Origin: Hormiphora californensis | Lineage: Eukaryota > Animalia > Ctenophora | Assembly: GCA_020137815.1 (NCBI GenBank) | Contig: CM035353.1 | Location: forward strand, 7,316,001-7,380,000 | Length of the DNA: 64,000 nucleotides | Reading direction: 5' to 3' | Shown here: piece after piece, positions 38,201 through 49,889 of the stretch | Layout: every line of letters begins with the position of its first letter | Position numbering within the stretch: the first letter of the stretch is position 1 | The notes under the pieces: model-generated | The model's input: only the letters and a program-made list of their open reading frames with translations | Database searches by the model: none | What the model was told of the DNA's origin: nothing | Position numbers and translations under genes: made by a program

Positions 38201-41200
38201 TTTTAATGTCCTTTAATGTCTTTTAATGTCCTAAATAAACACGGGCAATTTAATGTCCCAAAAATCGAGGGACATTAAAGGACATTTTAATACGCGGCCC
38301 CCCCCCCCCCATCCCTCCCCACCTGTACTATTTGAAAGGTATAAACCACTCCCTTTTATCCCTCCCCACCTGTACTATTTGAAAGGTATAAACCACTCCC
38401 TTTTATCCCTCCCCACCTGTACTATTTGAAAGGTATAAACCACTCCCTTTATCCCTCCCCACCTGTACTATTTGAAAGGTATAAACCACTCCCTTTTATC
38501 CCTCCCCACCTGTACTATTTGAAAGGTATAAACCACTCCCTTTTATCATGCCATGTACATTGTGTTTGTTTCTTATATGCAAGTAATCCAGTTATTGAAG
38601 GGAGAGAAGTTGTGTGAAACAGTGTCAAATATCGGGTTTTAATGAAAGTGTTATCACAGACTAACCCCTCTTTTCTTTCTTCTTTTTTTTCGTGTCTTTT
38701 ATACTCCCCTCTAACCTCTCTCTACTCCCCTCTAACCTCATTTTACTCTCCTCTTTCTACACCCCTCTAACCTCTTTCTACACCCCTCTAACCTCTTTCT
38801 ACTCCCCTCTAACCTCTTTCTACTCCCCTCTTTATACTCCCCACTACTCCCCTCTACTCCCCACTTTGTTCAGGTTATCCCAGCTCCATACAGATGACTC
38901 GGAGGTCAGTGTGGGCTGCCAGAAAACTATCCTGAAGATCGTATACCGCCTCATTCAGGTATGAATGGTCGGGAGGGCCGAGGGGGAGGTCATGCATGTA
39001 TGATATTTTATTCTAATATTTATCAGTCTATTGTTTGATTATTCTATCCTGATATTTATCATCTGCGGCAGATATACAATTTCGCTTTATGAATATTAAG
39101 ATTAGAAATTTGTTTTTATTCCCTTGTTATATTCTAACCCCTTTTAATACACGGTAAGAGAAGGTCGAGCAAGGCAAGTACTCCCCGACCTTCCATGAGG
39201 GCTAGTATTCCCCTGTGTATCCCCGCCCCCATAAGTATCTCTATTATCTTCTACCATTATGAAATATCTCCGACCCATTAGAATCCCATTATGGAATATT
39301 TCCAATCCATTAGCATCTCTATTCAAACTTCTGGAATTATCTCACTTCATTCTTCTAGTTCCACACCTCTAGCCCGCCCTGCGGTTGTGGCCCTCGTGTT
39401 GACACACTATCTCCCATGTCGTTACTGTAACGCGCGCGAACCGCGCTATACCTCAACACTGCATTGACAGCATTTGCCGCTAACGCATGGTGCAGCACCT
39501 CACCAGAGTGGGACCCGGAGCTCCAACCCCCACCCGAGCTCTGCCCCGAGACCCTTTCTAAACTGTATTCACCGCTCCCGATGGTCCAGACACCATTGAT
39601 CGACCCTCTCTCTCCTTGAACAAAACAAGCGGGCTATTAGATGTATGTTAATCCCAGTTCACCCTATCAGTTCCGACTACCCCTGCAATTGTTCACCACG
39701 GAGGTGTTCGGAAGAATGGTTGTCTGCCTTCAACAGATAATGTCTCGACCCGTCCCAAAGGTAATACATCTCTGTCTGTCTGTTATGTGTTTGATGATAA
39801 AACTAAGGTGTGAGCCGTGATTCATTTATGCTGTAAGTACCAGCTGTGTGTGGGAGGTATCCCTCTCTATCTATCTAAAACTATCATTCTATCTGCACCC
39901 TCTTTCTTTCTAATTTCTCTCTCTCTCTCTCTCTCTCCACAGTGGGTAACGACCCTACAAAGTGGGAAAAAAAGTTGTTTTTAAATTTGCTGAAATTTGG
40001 ATATCGATTGTTAAAATAATCAAGGTTTCACGTAAAACAAACCGCATCGAAAAATATTGAGATTTACAGATTTTATGTTAGTTTGAAGTTGAGGGAAATT
40101 GTGGGGTTTCATTTTGGCTGTGAAATTCGCTTAGATCCATGTGCACACTACTGCAATACCTTTCATTCTTTGGCAGGTCGGTAGAACTTCGACAGAATTT
40201 AGGGTAGGTCTGAATTTAGGGTAGGTCTGAATTTAGGGTAGGTCTGAATTTAGGGTAGGTCTGAATTTAAGGTAGGTCCGTAATATATCGTTTATCAAAG
40301 CATTGCAATTCGACATTAGGTTCTGATTAGGTGGCTGAACCGCGTCCCGTATCTCGTATCAATTCATTTCAATTCGATCTTAGTCACCGACCGATTAGGT
40401 CGCTGAACCACGTCCCGTATCTCGTATCAACTCATTGAAATTCGAGGTTAGACACAAATTAGGTCCCTGAAACACTGCACGTCCCGTATCTCGTATCAAC
40501 GATCATTTCAATTCGATCTTAGTCACCGACGCGATTGGGTCGCTGAACAGCGTCCCGTATCTCGTATCAACATTATTGAAATTCGAGGTTAGACACAAAT
40601 TAGATGGCAAACGAATTGTTTTTTTCCTTAAACAGGTTTCAACTCAGGATGGAACTCTTAAAGTCTACGTGCATAAACTAATCAGTGAACAGTCAAACAG
40701 TCCTAATTTCATTTGATGCGATACGGAACACAGTCTACCGACCTAACTCAGTTCACCTACTTTAAGTAGTACTTAGTGTCGGTGACTAAGATGGAATTGC
40801 AATGAGTTGATACGCGATACGGGACGTGCTTCAGCGACCTAATCTGTGTCTAACCTCGAATTTCAATGAGTTGATACGAGATACGGGACGTGGTTCAGCG
40901 ACCTAATTGGTGACTAATATCGAATTGCAATGAGTTGATACGAGATACGGGACGCGGTTCAGCGACCTAATCAGAACCTAATCTCGAATTGCAATGATTT
41001 GATAAACGTTACGGACCTACCCTAAATTCAGACCTACCCTAAATTCAGACCTACCCTAAATTTAGACCTGCCCTAAATTCAGACCTACCCTAAATTCAGA
41101 CCTACCCTAAATTCAGACCTACCCTAAATTCAGACCTACCCTAAATTCAGACCTACCCTAAATTCTGTCGAAGTTCTACCGACCTGCCCATTCTTTTTCT

Positions 41201-41850
41201 TTCATTTCTTTTGTATCGTGATGGTTGTTTTGTGTTCTTTTCAGTGACTAGGGTTCAAAATGTCTTACTCTAACTGTTTTTTCTCAGTCGCGCGTGTCAA
41301 ATTTAGGCTATTTTTAGGGTATGAATGACCAAAAAAAGTTACTTCGCCACTCGACGCCAAGCTTTTCATTGTGATATTCTGACTCTCTGGACAATTTGGA
41401 ACATTGTGGTGTCGCGGGAATTCCCCACTTTTCCCCCGTTTGAATTTTATAGCCATTTAAAGTGCGAAATTTAAGCGATTTTTCGCTTTTTCGGCTTTTA
41501 TGTGTAAAATGCCTGATCTAAAATGGCATATAACTCAAAAACGGTTTGATTTAGGCCATATGTTGCTTCATAAGTCCTATATAAACATGCACATTCCGGA
41601 CAATTTGCATCAAAAATTGGATCTCTAAGTGGTTCCTGAGCCAAGTTACGTTTTTACTTAATCAAGTTATTAATTAGCTAATTAATTTTCTTCAAATATC
41701 TCAAAAAGGTGGCATCTAAGCACTCTGAAAAGTGTCTAAATCGCTTTCTAGGCACGGTTTTAGTCTAGGAGAGGTCACTTTGGCCCAAAAATATGATTTC
41801 TACGGCATATATTTCATTTTGTAGGGTCACACAGGAAAATTACCCACTGT

Positions 41851-41924
<74 letters not shown>

Positions 41925-44900
41925 GTTTCTATCTCTCTTACTAATTTCTATCTCTCTTTCTAGTTTCTATCTCTCTTTCTAATTTCTATCTCTCTTTCTA
42001 ATTACTATCTCTCTTTCTAGTTTCTATAAATCCCCAATTCCAGGAGGTGGAGGAGCAGGAATCAAAGGAAGAGTTACCCAACACAATATGGTGGAAAATG
42101 AAGAAGTGGTCTATGCACCTGTTGGCCAAGATATTTGAAAGATACGGCAACACCAACAATATCAGCAAGGTTATTATAGACTCGGCCGCCCACTACTATC
42201 TTCTTTTCCTGGATCACCAAGTGTTCTCTATCATTCTCTATCTTGTCATTTGGTCATTGAGATCGTCAATATTACTATGCTAGCTGGTAATGAAATGACC
42301 CCTCCGTTATAATTATAGCTCATGCAATATAATAACAGGGGTGACTTCGTAACCAAATGTCAGTACTCAGTATTATAACGACCCTCTTTGTTCCAGGAGT
42401 ATAAGAAGCTGGGTCAGTTCTTTTCATCGCAGTGTGCAGTACCCATACTAAACACACTGCTAATGACGCTAGTTGAAACAAACAAGGGCCGTTACATGAG
42501 TCCCCGGGTACTGCAGAAGATACTGGTCTACCTTAAACTAGGGTAAGAAGTTGTATTGTTCTAACTTAGCTAGTCTGATGGAGCCCACGGTGAGGGGTTC
42601 TTAACATTAGGAGGGGGGGTAGTTTGTAAACCTCGATCATGTAACGATATATACCACCCCGCAGTGTGTCAGTAGCAGTAACATGGAAAGTACTAAAAGA
42701 CTCCATATTAGAGGTTATACAGAAGGTGGTGTTTCCCCTCCTCTGCCATTCGGATGATGATGAGGAGTTGTGGAAGGAAGATCCGTACGAGTATATCAGG
42801 ATGAAGTTTGGTACGTGACAAACACCACCATATTTGGAAATCACGTGACACACACCACCATATATGGGCATCACGTGACACACACTACCATATTTGGGAA
42901 TCACGTGACACACACCACCATATTTGGACATCACGTGACACACACCACACCATATTTGGGAATCACGTGACACATACCACCATTCTTCCACTCCCCCAGA
43001 GTACCCGTAATCCTTTCACAACTTGCTCCTCTGCTAAAAAAGCAGTTCACACGCCTTACTTTACAGATGTGTTTGAGGACTTCGTCTCGCCTGTTTCAAC
43101 GGCACTTGCCTTGATTGAGGAGGTCGTTACAAAGAGAAAGAACATGCTCAGTCCCCTTCTCCACTGGGCTGCCCAACTCCTGGCAACCCCACAGGATCAG
43201 TACAACCCCAGGATCAAGGTAGGTTTCGAAACACCATATTTGGGCATCACGTGACATGACAAAGAGAAAGAACATGCTCAGTCCCCTTCTCCATTGGGCT
43301 GCCCAACTCCTGGCAACCCCACAGGATCAATACAACCCCAGGATCAAGGTAGGTTTCGAAATGGGGGGGGGGGGGTGGCATGCGGTGGAATAGTGGGGTC
43401 TACATGTCCTTAGTCATGTTAGTGTCATGTTAGTGTTGGGTAACGATTGTGGAGTGATCCAGAGTAGCATCTCAGGAAGAGACAGGGTATGAGCACCAGA
43501 TTTGGGACCACGTGGGCTTACCAAAACACAAGAAAAGTTTCTAAAGCAGAATTTAAACTTTTAGTATTATAGTTAGTTTAATAGTCACTTTTGACGAATA
43601 CTCCTTTTAGTAATCTTTTCCCGTCTCCCACCCTACTAGGGGGACGAACTGATAAAACTATGTTAGATAATTACCCACTCTACTACTACTGCTTACAGTG
43701 TTATCATTATTATGATAACTCCAATCATTCAATGGGGAGCGAAAGATGTAATATGTAACATCTTTACCGTCACTCCCCCCTCCTCAGGATGGAGCTATGC
43801 ACCTGATTGGGGCTGTATCGGAGAAGCTCCCTCCCCCCACGTGTTGCCCATATATGGTGTTGTGTGTCACGTGCCCTAACTCCCCCCTCCTCAGGATGGA
43901 GCTATGCACCTGATTGGGGCTGTATCGGAGAAGCTCCCTCCCCCCACGTGTTGCCCATATATGGTGTTGTGTGTCACGTGCCCTCACCCCCCCCTCCTCA
44001 GGATGGAGCTATGCACCTGATTGGGGCTGTATCGGAGAAGCCCCCCCCCCCCCCACGTGTTGCCCATATATGGTGTTGTGTGTCACGTGATGTCTCACCC
44101 CCCCCCCCTCCTCAGGATGGAGCTATGCACCTGATTGGGGCTGTATCGGAGAAGCTCCCCCCACGTGTTGCCCATATATGGTGTTGTGTGTCACGTGCTC
44201 TCACCCCTCCCCTCCTCAGGACGGAGCTATGCACCTGATTGGGGCTGTATCGGAGAAGCTGCTAAAGAAGTCAGAGTATGCCTCTCAGATAGAGAATATG
44301 TTGCAGGTTCACGTTCTACAGGACTTCCAGGTAAATTACACTATTGTTATAACAGCTGCTGTATTGTATGATTTTATTGGTGATGCCATCCCCTATTATC
44401 CCCTATGGCGGCTGCAGTAGTGTATGGGTGATCACTGTGTCACCAAATTATTTTAGTGCACTCTCTCTACTAACGCCTAGTAAGAAATACGGTCAGTTTA
44501 TAACCCCCTTTTCAGTCTCCCCACGGCTTCCTGCGGACCCGGGCCTGTTGGGTGGTGCAGAAAGTTTAGTGGAGCTAAATTCAGCAACAGAGACACCCTT
44601 CGATTGGCATTTGAGGGTGTCAGGGTCCTACTACTAAATGACAAGGAATTACCTGTCCAGGTATACTGGCATAGTGGCCCCACTTTTGGGACACTGTTAA
44701 ATTGTTAAATTATACTACGTTTACTTGATTGATTTATGACGGTCCAACGATACATCTGTATGCAGGTTGAGGCTGCCTTTCGCGTTGCAGACCCTGCTAA
44801 CACGACAGCCGGTTACTAAAGACCTCCTGTCACCTCACGTGGGGGCGGTTATACAGAAACTGCTGGAGGCAATCAAAGAGACTGAGAACGAGGATCTCAC

Positions 44901-47900
44901 ATTCGTTATGCAGGTTAGTAACCACTGGTTACCACTGGTAACTGCACTGGTAACTGCACTGGTAACTGCACTGGTAACTGCACTGGTAACCACTGGTAAT
45001 ACTCACATGACGTGTTCTACTTCTGTAGCCACACTCACACCAGTGTCGACCAAATAGTTCTCACACCCGATACTCGGAGAAGAAGATGTGTTATATTTCT
45101 GTTCCAGGTGGTTTATTGCAATCCAAACTTATACTGATTACAATTTGTCCTGTTTAGGAGCTTATAGAGACGTATAGCGAGGATATTCATACAGTTGCAG
45201 TTGCCTTGGTAACGGAACTTGTCAAGACATTCAATGTGAGTAGATATACTGTCTATAGATGCAATCAAAATCGTGTTGGTCGTTGTAAAACTGAGTTATA
45301 TATCCATATTGATACACCAATAATAGAGGTTCTATTATATCCCACTAGTCGATACTGGAGGAGGCAGCTACAGCGGATGATGGAGAGGGTGGGGGAGAGA
45401 GTGCATACAAAACAATGACTGCAATGGGCATCCTAAACACAATACAAAACCTCCTCTCTGCGGTAATGTACATTTGTGTGGCTGCATTTTATTTCATAAT
45501 GTGAGGGTTCCCGGTAGATCAAATGTACATGTTTCCAGTTAACTGTAAACTGGTTACTGGCAGTCTGCTTGATATAAAGAGTTATAATAGCACTGAGCTG
45601 ACAATCACATACTTTACACAGGTATCCCAGAATCAGAAGATAATGCCCAAGATTGAGAACATTCTAGCTGATTTGATATCTACCATACTGAAAGGGAGGA
45701 TAGTAGACTATTACGAGGAGGTAATAGTTAAATTATGAGACTAATTAATTAATTAGGAGACTAATTAATTAATTAGTGAGCACGAGGAGATAGTTCTTCA
45801 AAAAATGTGCTTCTAGGGAGCTCTCCTGGAGAAAACAAACATGATTCATTTGTCATTATTTTATTGATCCAGATCCTAACTGCACTCCATCCTAGGTGTT
45901 TCAAATGATCCAGATCCTAACTGCACTCCGTGTATCATCTGTCATGTGGAATGTACTGTTCCAGATTTACGAAGCATTCAAAGCAGACGGGGCGGACTAC
46001 TTTACCGACATGATGGGTAGGTAGACCACGTGACACATAATACCATATTTGGGTATCACGTGACACATACCACCATATTTGGGTATCACGTGATGGTTAT
46101 AAAACAATTAACCAACACCCCTACAGGTTCTCTTCACAACTATGCGACAGTTGACTCAGCCCAGTTCCTGGCTAACCCCCAATACATCGAGATAATGTAT
46201 AACATCTCAAAAACTGTCCTGAAATCTGAAGAAAGTGAGGATCCCCAGTACAATGCACTGAAACTCGTTGAAGTTATCATCATTAACCATAGAGGTACAT
46301 GTACATGAATAACCTGTGATTGACTCAACGGCGTAACTGCCACTGATTTAAAACACTTCAAGCTAGAATTATTTTCCCTGACAATTATTGAAACTCCTTT
46401 CCCATCGTTTCAGGGAAGGTAGATAACATGTTGCACATGTTCATGGGTCTGGCACTGGACAAACTGGCACAATCCGTCCAAACTGTAGAGTTGAGAGCTG
46501 TGGCACTTCTTGTCGTAGTGGCTGGTAAGTACACCCATATAAGGGCATATATTGCCATATATGGTCATGTCTAATACCCATGTGTTACAGGTATATGGTA
46601 CAACCCGACCCTTGCAATGGTCGTCCTACAGCGGTACAAGCTGCCACAGTGCGGGGATCAGGGGGTTACAGAACAGTTCTTTAACCAACTGTTCAGTGAT
46701 ACCGAGGTGTTCATGGGGATTCACGATAAGAAGGTATTACAGGCAGTTGGTACATTGGGGTTTTATCCCCTCCCCCATTGCAGTTTAGTTGGTACACTGG
46801 GTTTTATCCCCTCCCCCCACCCACTGTTTCTAGATCCCTTCCCCCGACCCCAACCTATTTCTAGATCCGTTCTCCCCCATCCCCACCCACTGTTTCTAGA
46901 TCTCATCCCCCGACCCCAACCTATTTCTAGATCCGTTATCCCCCTTCTCATCCCCCGACCCCAACCTATTTCTAGATCCGTTATCCCCCCCCCCCCCGAC
47001 CCCACTTTGGTATATAATTGAATTTTTCACACTTTCTGCGGAGCACGGACTCAGTGTCAAGCGACTCAAGTATATAAAGGGGTGGGTCGGGGTAACCAAC
47101 CCCAAACTGTTTCTTTCTAAAACCATAATAATTTCAGGTGGCAGTGTTATCTCTCTGCGAACTGATAATGCACCCTACTGCCCCAAAACCATTCGAACAC
47201 CTGGCCGACAAGTTGATACCCTTCTTCGTGTCACTCCTCACCAACCTCCGGCTTGCCTACCAGGTATCTACAACATGTGTGGTTTAACATGATTTGATAT
47301 ATCTGAGTTATTACTGTGTTAGTTTGGGGAGTCAATCCTCAGAGAGAACTCTACAGAGAACTTAGATTCTCTGGAGTATCAAACTCGTATTTTGTTTTGT
47401 AATATCTGAGTTATAACACTACATCAGAGGAATTGTTTACATGACCCAGTTTTTATGAGGTTTTTAGGAGAGGATTGTTTGTTTACATGAGTAGGCTTAC
47501 CAGTTAGTGAATGTAAAACAGACACGGTACACTCTGCAACGAGAACATGCTTATTTTTGGTACCACCCCATTCAAACGTCCCTGCACTGCTCTCCACGCG
47601 TATCTGGTTGCCAATGACCTCACATTGCCAGCTGTATGTCTGTCCATCTGCGCTAACATCATCTAGATTTAGTTGCACAGTTCCGCACTGGTGTTTCTTC
47701 TCGGCACTGTCTACCACATACACCACTGCATCTGTCATCAATCTAGCAACTTGTCTGACATTTTGTGCAGTTATAGCAGTGTTGAATAGAACCAGAGTGA
47801 CATCTTTAACTCTGATATCAGTGTTAGAGAATGTCATCAGGAGCCATGATGCAGTGTCATCCGAGTGGGCTTCTGCAAATGTCGCCACGTCGTTGTCGAT

Positions 47901-48435
47901 ACTGAGAGCAGCGGGGTATCGATTATCTTGGTATGTAGTGCTTAGAGTCGCAGAGAAGGGCCTGATCACTCTAGAAGGCACTGAAACGTTTGGAGAGTTT
48001 TTATCAGTTACAACTATCAGATAATAATTTCGACTATCGAAGCTGCAGTTTTTAAACCCCTAGTTGTAGTTTTGATAGCTTACCAGCATAATTAGGAGCT
48101 ACAAGTGACACGAACAGGAGAACCAGAAATACTGGCAGCATATTTAGAGACTGCGTTTGTCGTTTCCTGCCTTAGCTATTATACGGGGGATGTACCAAGG
48201 TTATATATGTAGCAAGAATGAGCCAGTTGGATCAACAGTATAAAGTTGCCCCCCCCCCCCCCAATATTGACTATAATAAAGAACGGGGAATTTCACGAAC
48301 TAAAAGGCGGTCTAGATAGAAAGTGAACTATAAGCTCCTAGTTCTTCACAGTACAGACTTTTGTGCGTCACCCTGGAAAGCTCTGTGTTTGAACTGAGTA
48401 CCATTATATCACGTGATCTGTGTCGCTTGTGGGAG

Positions 48436-48513
<78 letters not shown>

Positions 48514-49562
48514 CACACACACAACTGTGTCTTGAAGACACGTGGTTTTAAAACACTTCCCTTTTCAGTTACGGAGAGAGGAGGAGGCGGGGGAGCAGGA
48601 GTCAGGGGAGGAGGGTGAGGATGATGAGGAGGCTGATGAGGAACTAGAATCGGATGATGATGAATGGGACGATGAAGGTACTGATACTGATTATTGCTTG
48701 ACTGATATATTGCTTTACTTGTCTCATATAAGACCCTCCTCTTCACGATGTACAGTCAGTGTCTGACAATGCTTTTCTGATTTGTTGAGTAACCCCTTAC
48801 TCAACAAATATTGATGCCATATTGCTGATCAACCCATTCTCTCCGGGCCCCGCGACGGCGAGAGGGTTTGAACAAAACAGGCTAACATGAATAGTAGTAG
48901 CTGTGTTCTTGATCCAACAAAGCAATATCCCATTATTATTTGGGTCATAATTAGCCCTGACCCCCCCCCCCCCTGACCGCCCCCCCCCCCCCAGTATTTG
49001 ACTCTTTATTTGACTCTTTTGAAAGAGCTACCTGACCACATGTAACACATCTCCTGTGCAGGTGAAGAGTACGTGTCTAAACTGGATGATTTTGACCCCA
49101 GTGATGTCAATGGGATGTTTGACCTCGATCACTTGGAGTGTTTTGACACCATTCTAGATGATGATGATACAGCTCCTTGCGAGTTCGCCGCCTTCAAAAA
49201 GTAATTGGGCGCCTTACTGACCTGCACTCTGCAGTCTCACTTATTACCATTCATTGGAACGGTTCAAATGGAACCTTCAAAATTATAACTGCATTCTACA
49301 CTAATCTTCTTCTTATTCCAATAGTTGAGGGAGAGTCTAAAATAATATCTCACGCAGGTTATTGGAGTTCCTCTCTCAAAGCAAGGACGGTCACGAGATC
49401 CTTCTAAAATGTGTGGATGACAAGATGAGACAGGATATATCGGGGTTGATCGAGTACGCTGATAAAGAGGCAGCAAGGAGGCAGAGTGAACGGATAGAGA
49501 ACCAGGGAGGATACAACTTCACTAACTCTTTCACCGTCCCTACTCAGTTCAATTTTGGGTAA
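35107..49562 (+). CDS. IPO7: Importin-7/8 (karyopherin-beta family), ~25 exons
   Basis: Approximate exons: 35107-35196, 35360-35441, 35721-35856, 36072-36217, 36396-36483, 38874-38958, 39671-39760, 42044-42169, 42397-42542, 42665-42810, 43068-43218, 44220-44330, 44516-44660, 44766-44913, 45159-45235, 45349-45462, 45622-45720, 45896-46016, 46127-46293, 46414-46524, 46590-46733, 47138-47262, 48569-48678, 49062-49200, 49358-49562. Motifs [52 protein letters not shown]...FNFG*. Two apparent +1 homopolymer indels. Confidence 0.93.
36465..38548 (+). repeat. 47-bp minisatellite built from an exon end plus 5' splice site, interrupted by a transposon
   Basis: Unit CCTGTACTATTTGAAAG|GTATAAACCACTCCCTTTTATCCCTCCCCA; the first copy overlaps the importin exon ..VLPVLFER. 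Confidence 0.92.
36976..38310. mobile_element. MULE-like foldback element with G-run termini and 8-bp TSD
   Basis: ATCCCTCC duplicated on both sides; termini GGGGGGCCCGCGT/ACGCGGCCCCCC; subterminal 10-bp (GACATTAAAA)n repeats; internal inverted arms. Confidence 0.8.
39938..41851. mobile_element. Transib-like non-autonomous element with RSS-like ends
   Basis: CTCTC|CACAGTGGGTAA...TTACCCACTGTG|CTCTC; 5-bp TSD compatible (within a CT microsatellite). Confidence 0.8.
40172..41189. mobile_element. Second foldback element of the GGCAGG family nested in the Transib element
   Basis: Same TIR as 31473; 8-bp TSD CATTCTTT; 18-bp repeats plus ~60-bp CGTCCCGTATCTCGTATCAA repeats. Confidence 0.85.
42813..42982 (+). 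repeat. ~29-bp minisatellite containing TCACGTGAC
   Basis: CACGTGACACACACCACCATATTTGGG..; related copies at 43232, 43495, 46027-46092 and inverted in 43840-44200. Confidence 0.9.
43772..44240 (+). repeat. Five tandem ~105-bp units each carrying the splice acceptor and start of an importin exon
   Basis: CCCTCCTCAG|GA(T/C)GGAGCTATGCACCTGATTGGGGCTGTATCGGAGAAGC at 43788, 43895, 44002, 44116 and 44220; only the last continues in frame. Confidence 0.92.
47351..48141 (-). CDS. Nested antisense gene: secreted F-type lectin/discoidin (galactose-binding-like) domain protein
   Basis: Exon 48141-48084 encodes signal peptide [19 protein letters not shown]; GT-AG intron in phase with exon 47980-47501 (ATLSTTY...[13 protein letters not shown]...SWL...LVAECTV). 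Either reads on to the stop at 47424 or splices to a short terminal exon 47370-47351. Confidence 0.75.
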
Positions 49563-49889
49563 GAGAGAGAGAGAGAGAGGGAGGGATATCGCGTGTGTTC
49601 AACTTTCGTCTTATTTTAATTCTCAAGTTAGTACTACTACTGAAGAACAATGCTAGCTGTTGTAAGGTAGCTCTGGGCGTCGCTCCATATATATGGGTTG
49701 ATGATGTATATCCTAGCTGAAATCAACTTGGGCAAAATTTAAGAGGGTCTTTAGTTTTTTTAATCCTACGATTGATAATATAAAACGCAATCAAACATAT
49801 AATATTAAAATACTTCAAGATATAGCTGACGTAAATTTACCAAGAAAACCGCTGTGTGGCGGCGAAGACCCTATTGTGATTCGAATATA

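Noticed and set aside
36465-44240. Regularly spaced repeats resembling a CRISPR array
   Set aside because: No unique spacers, eukaryotic intronic context, no cas genes.
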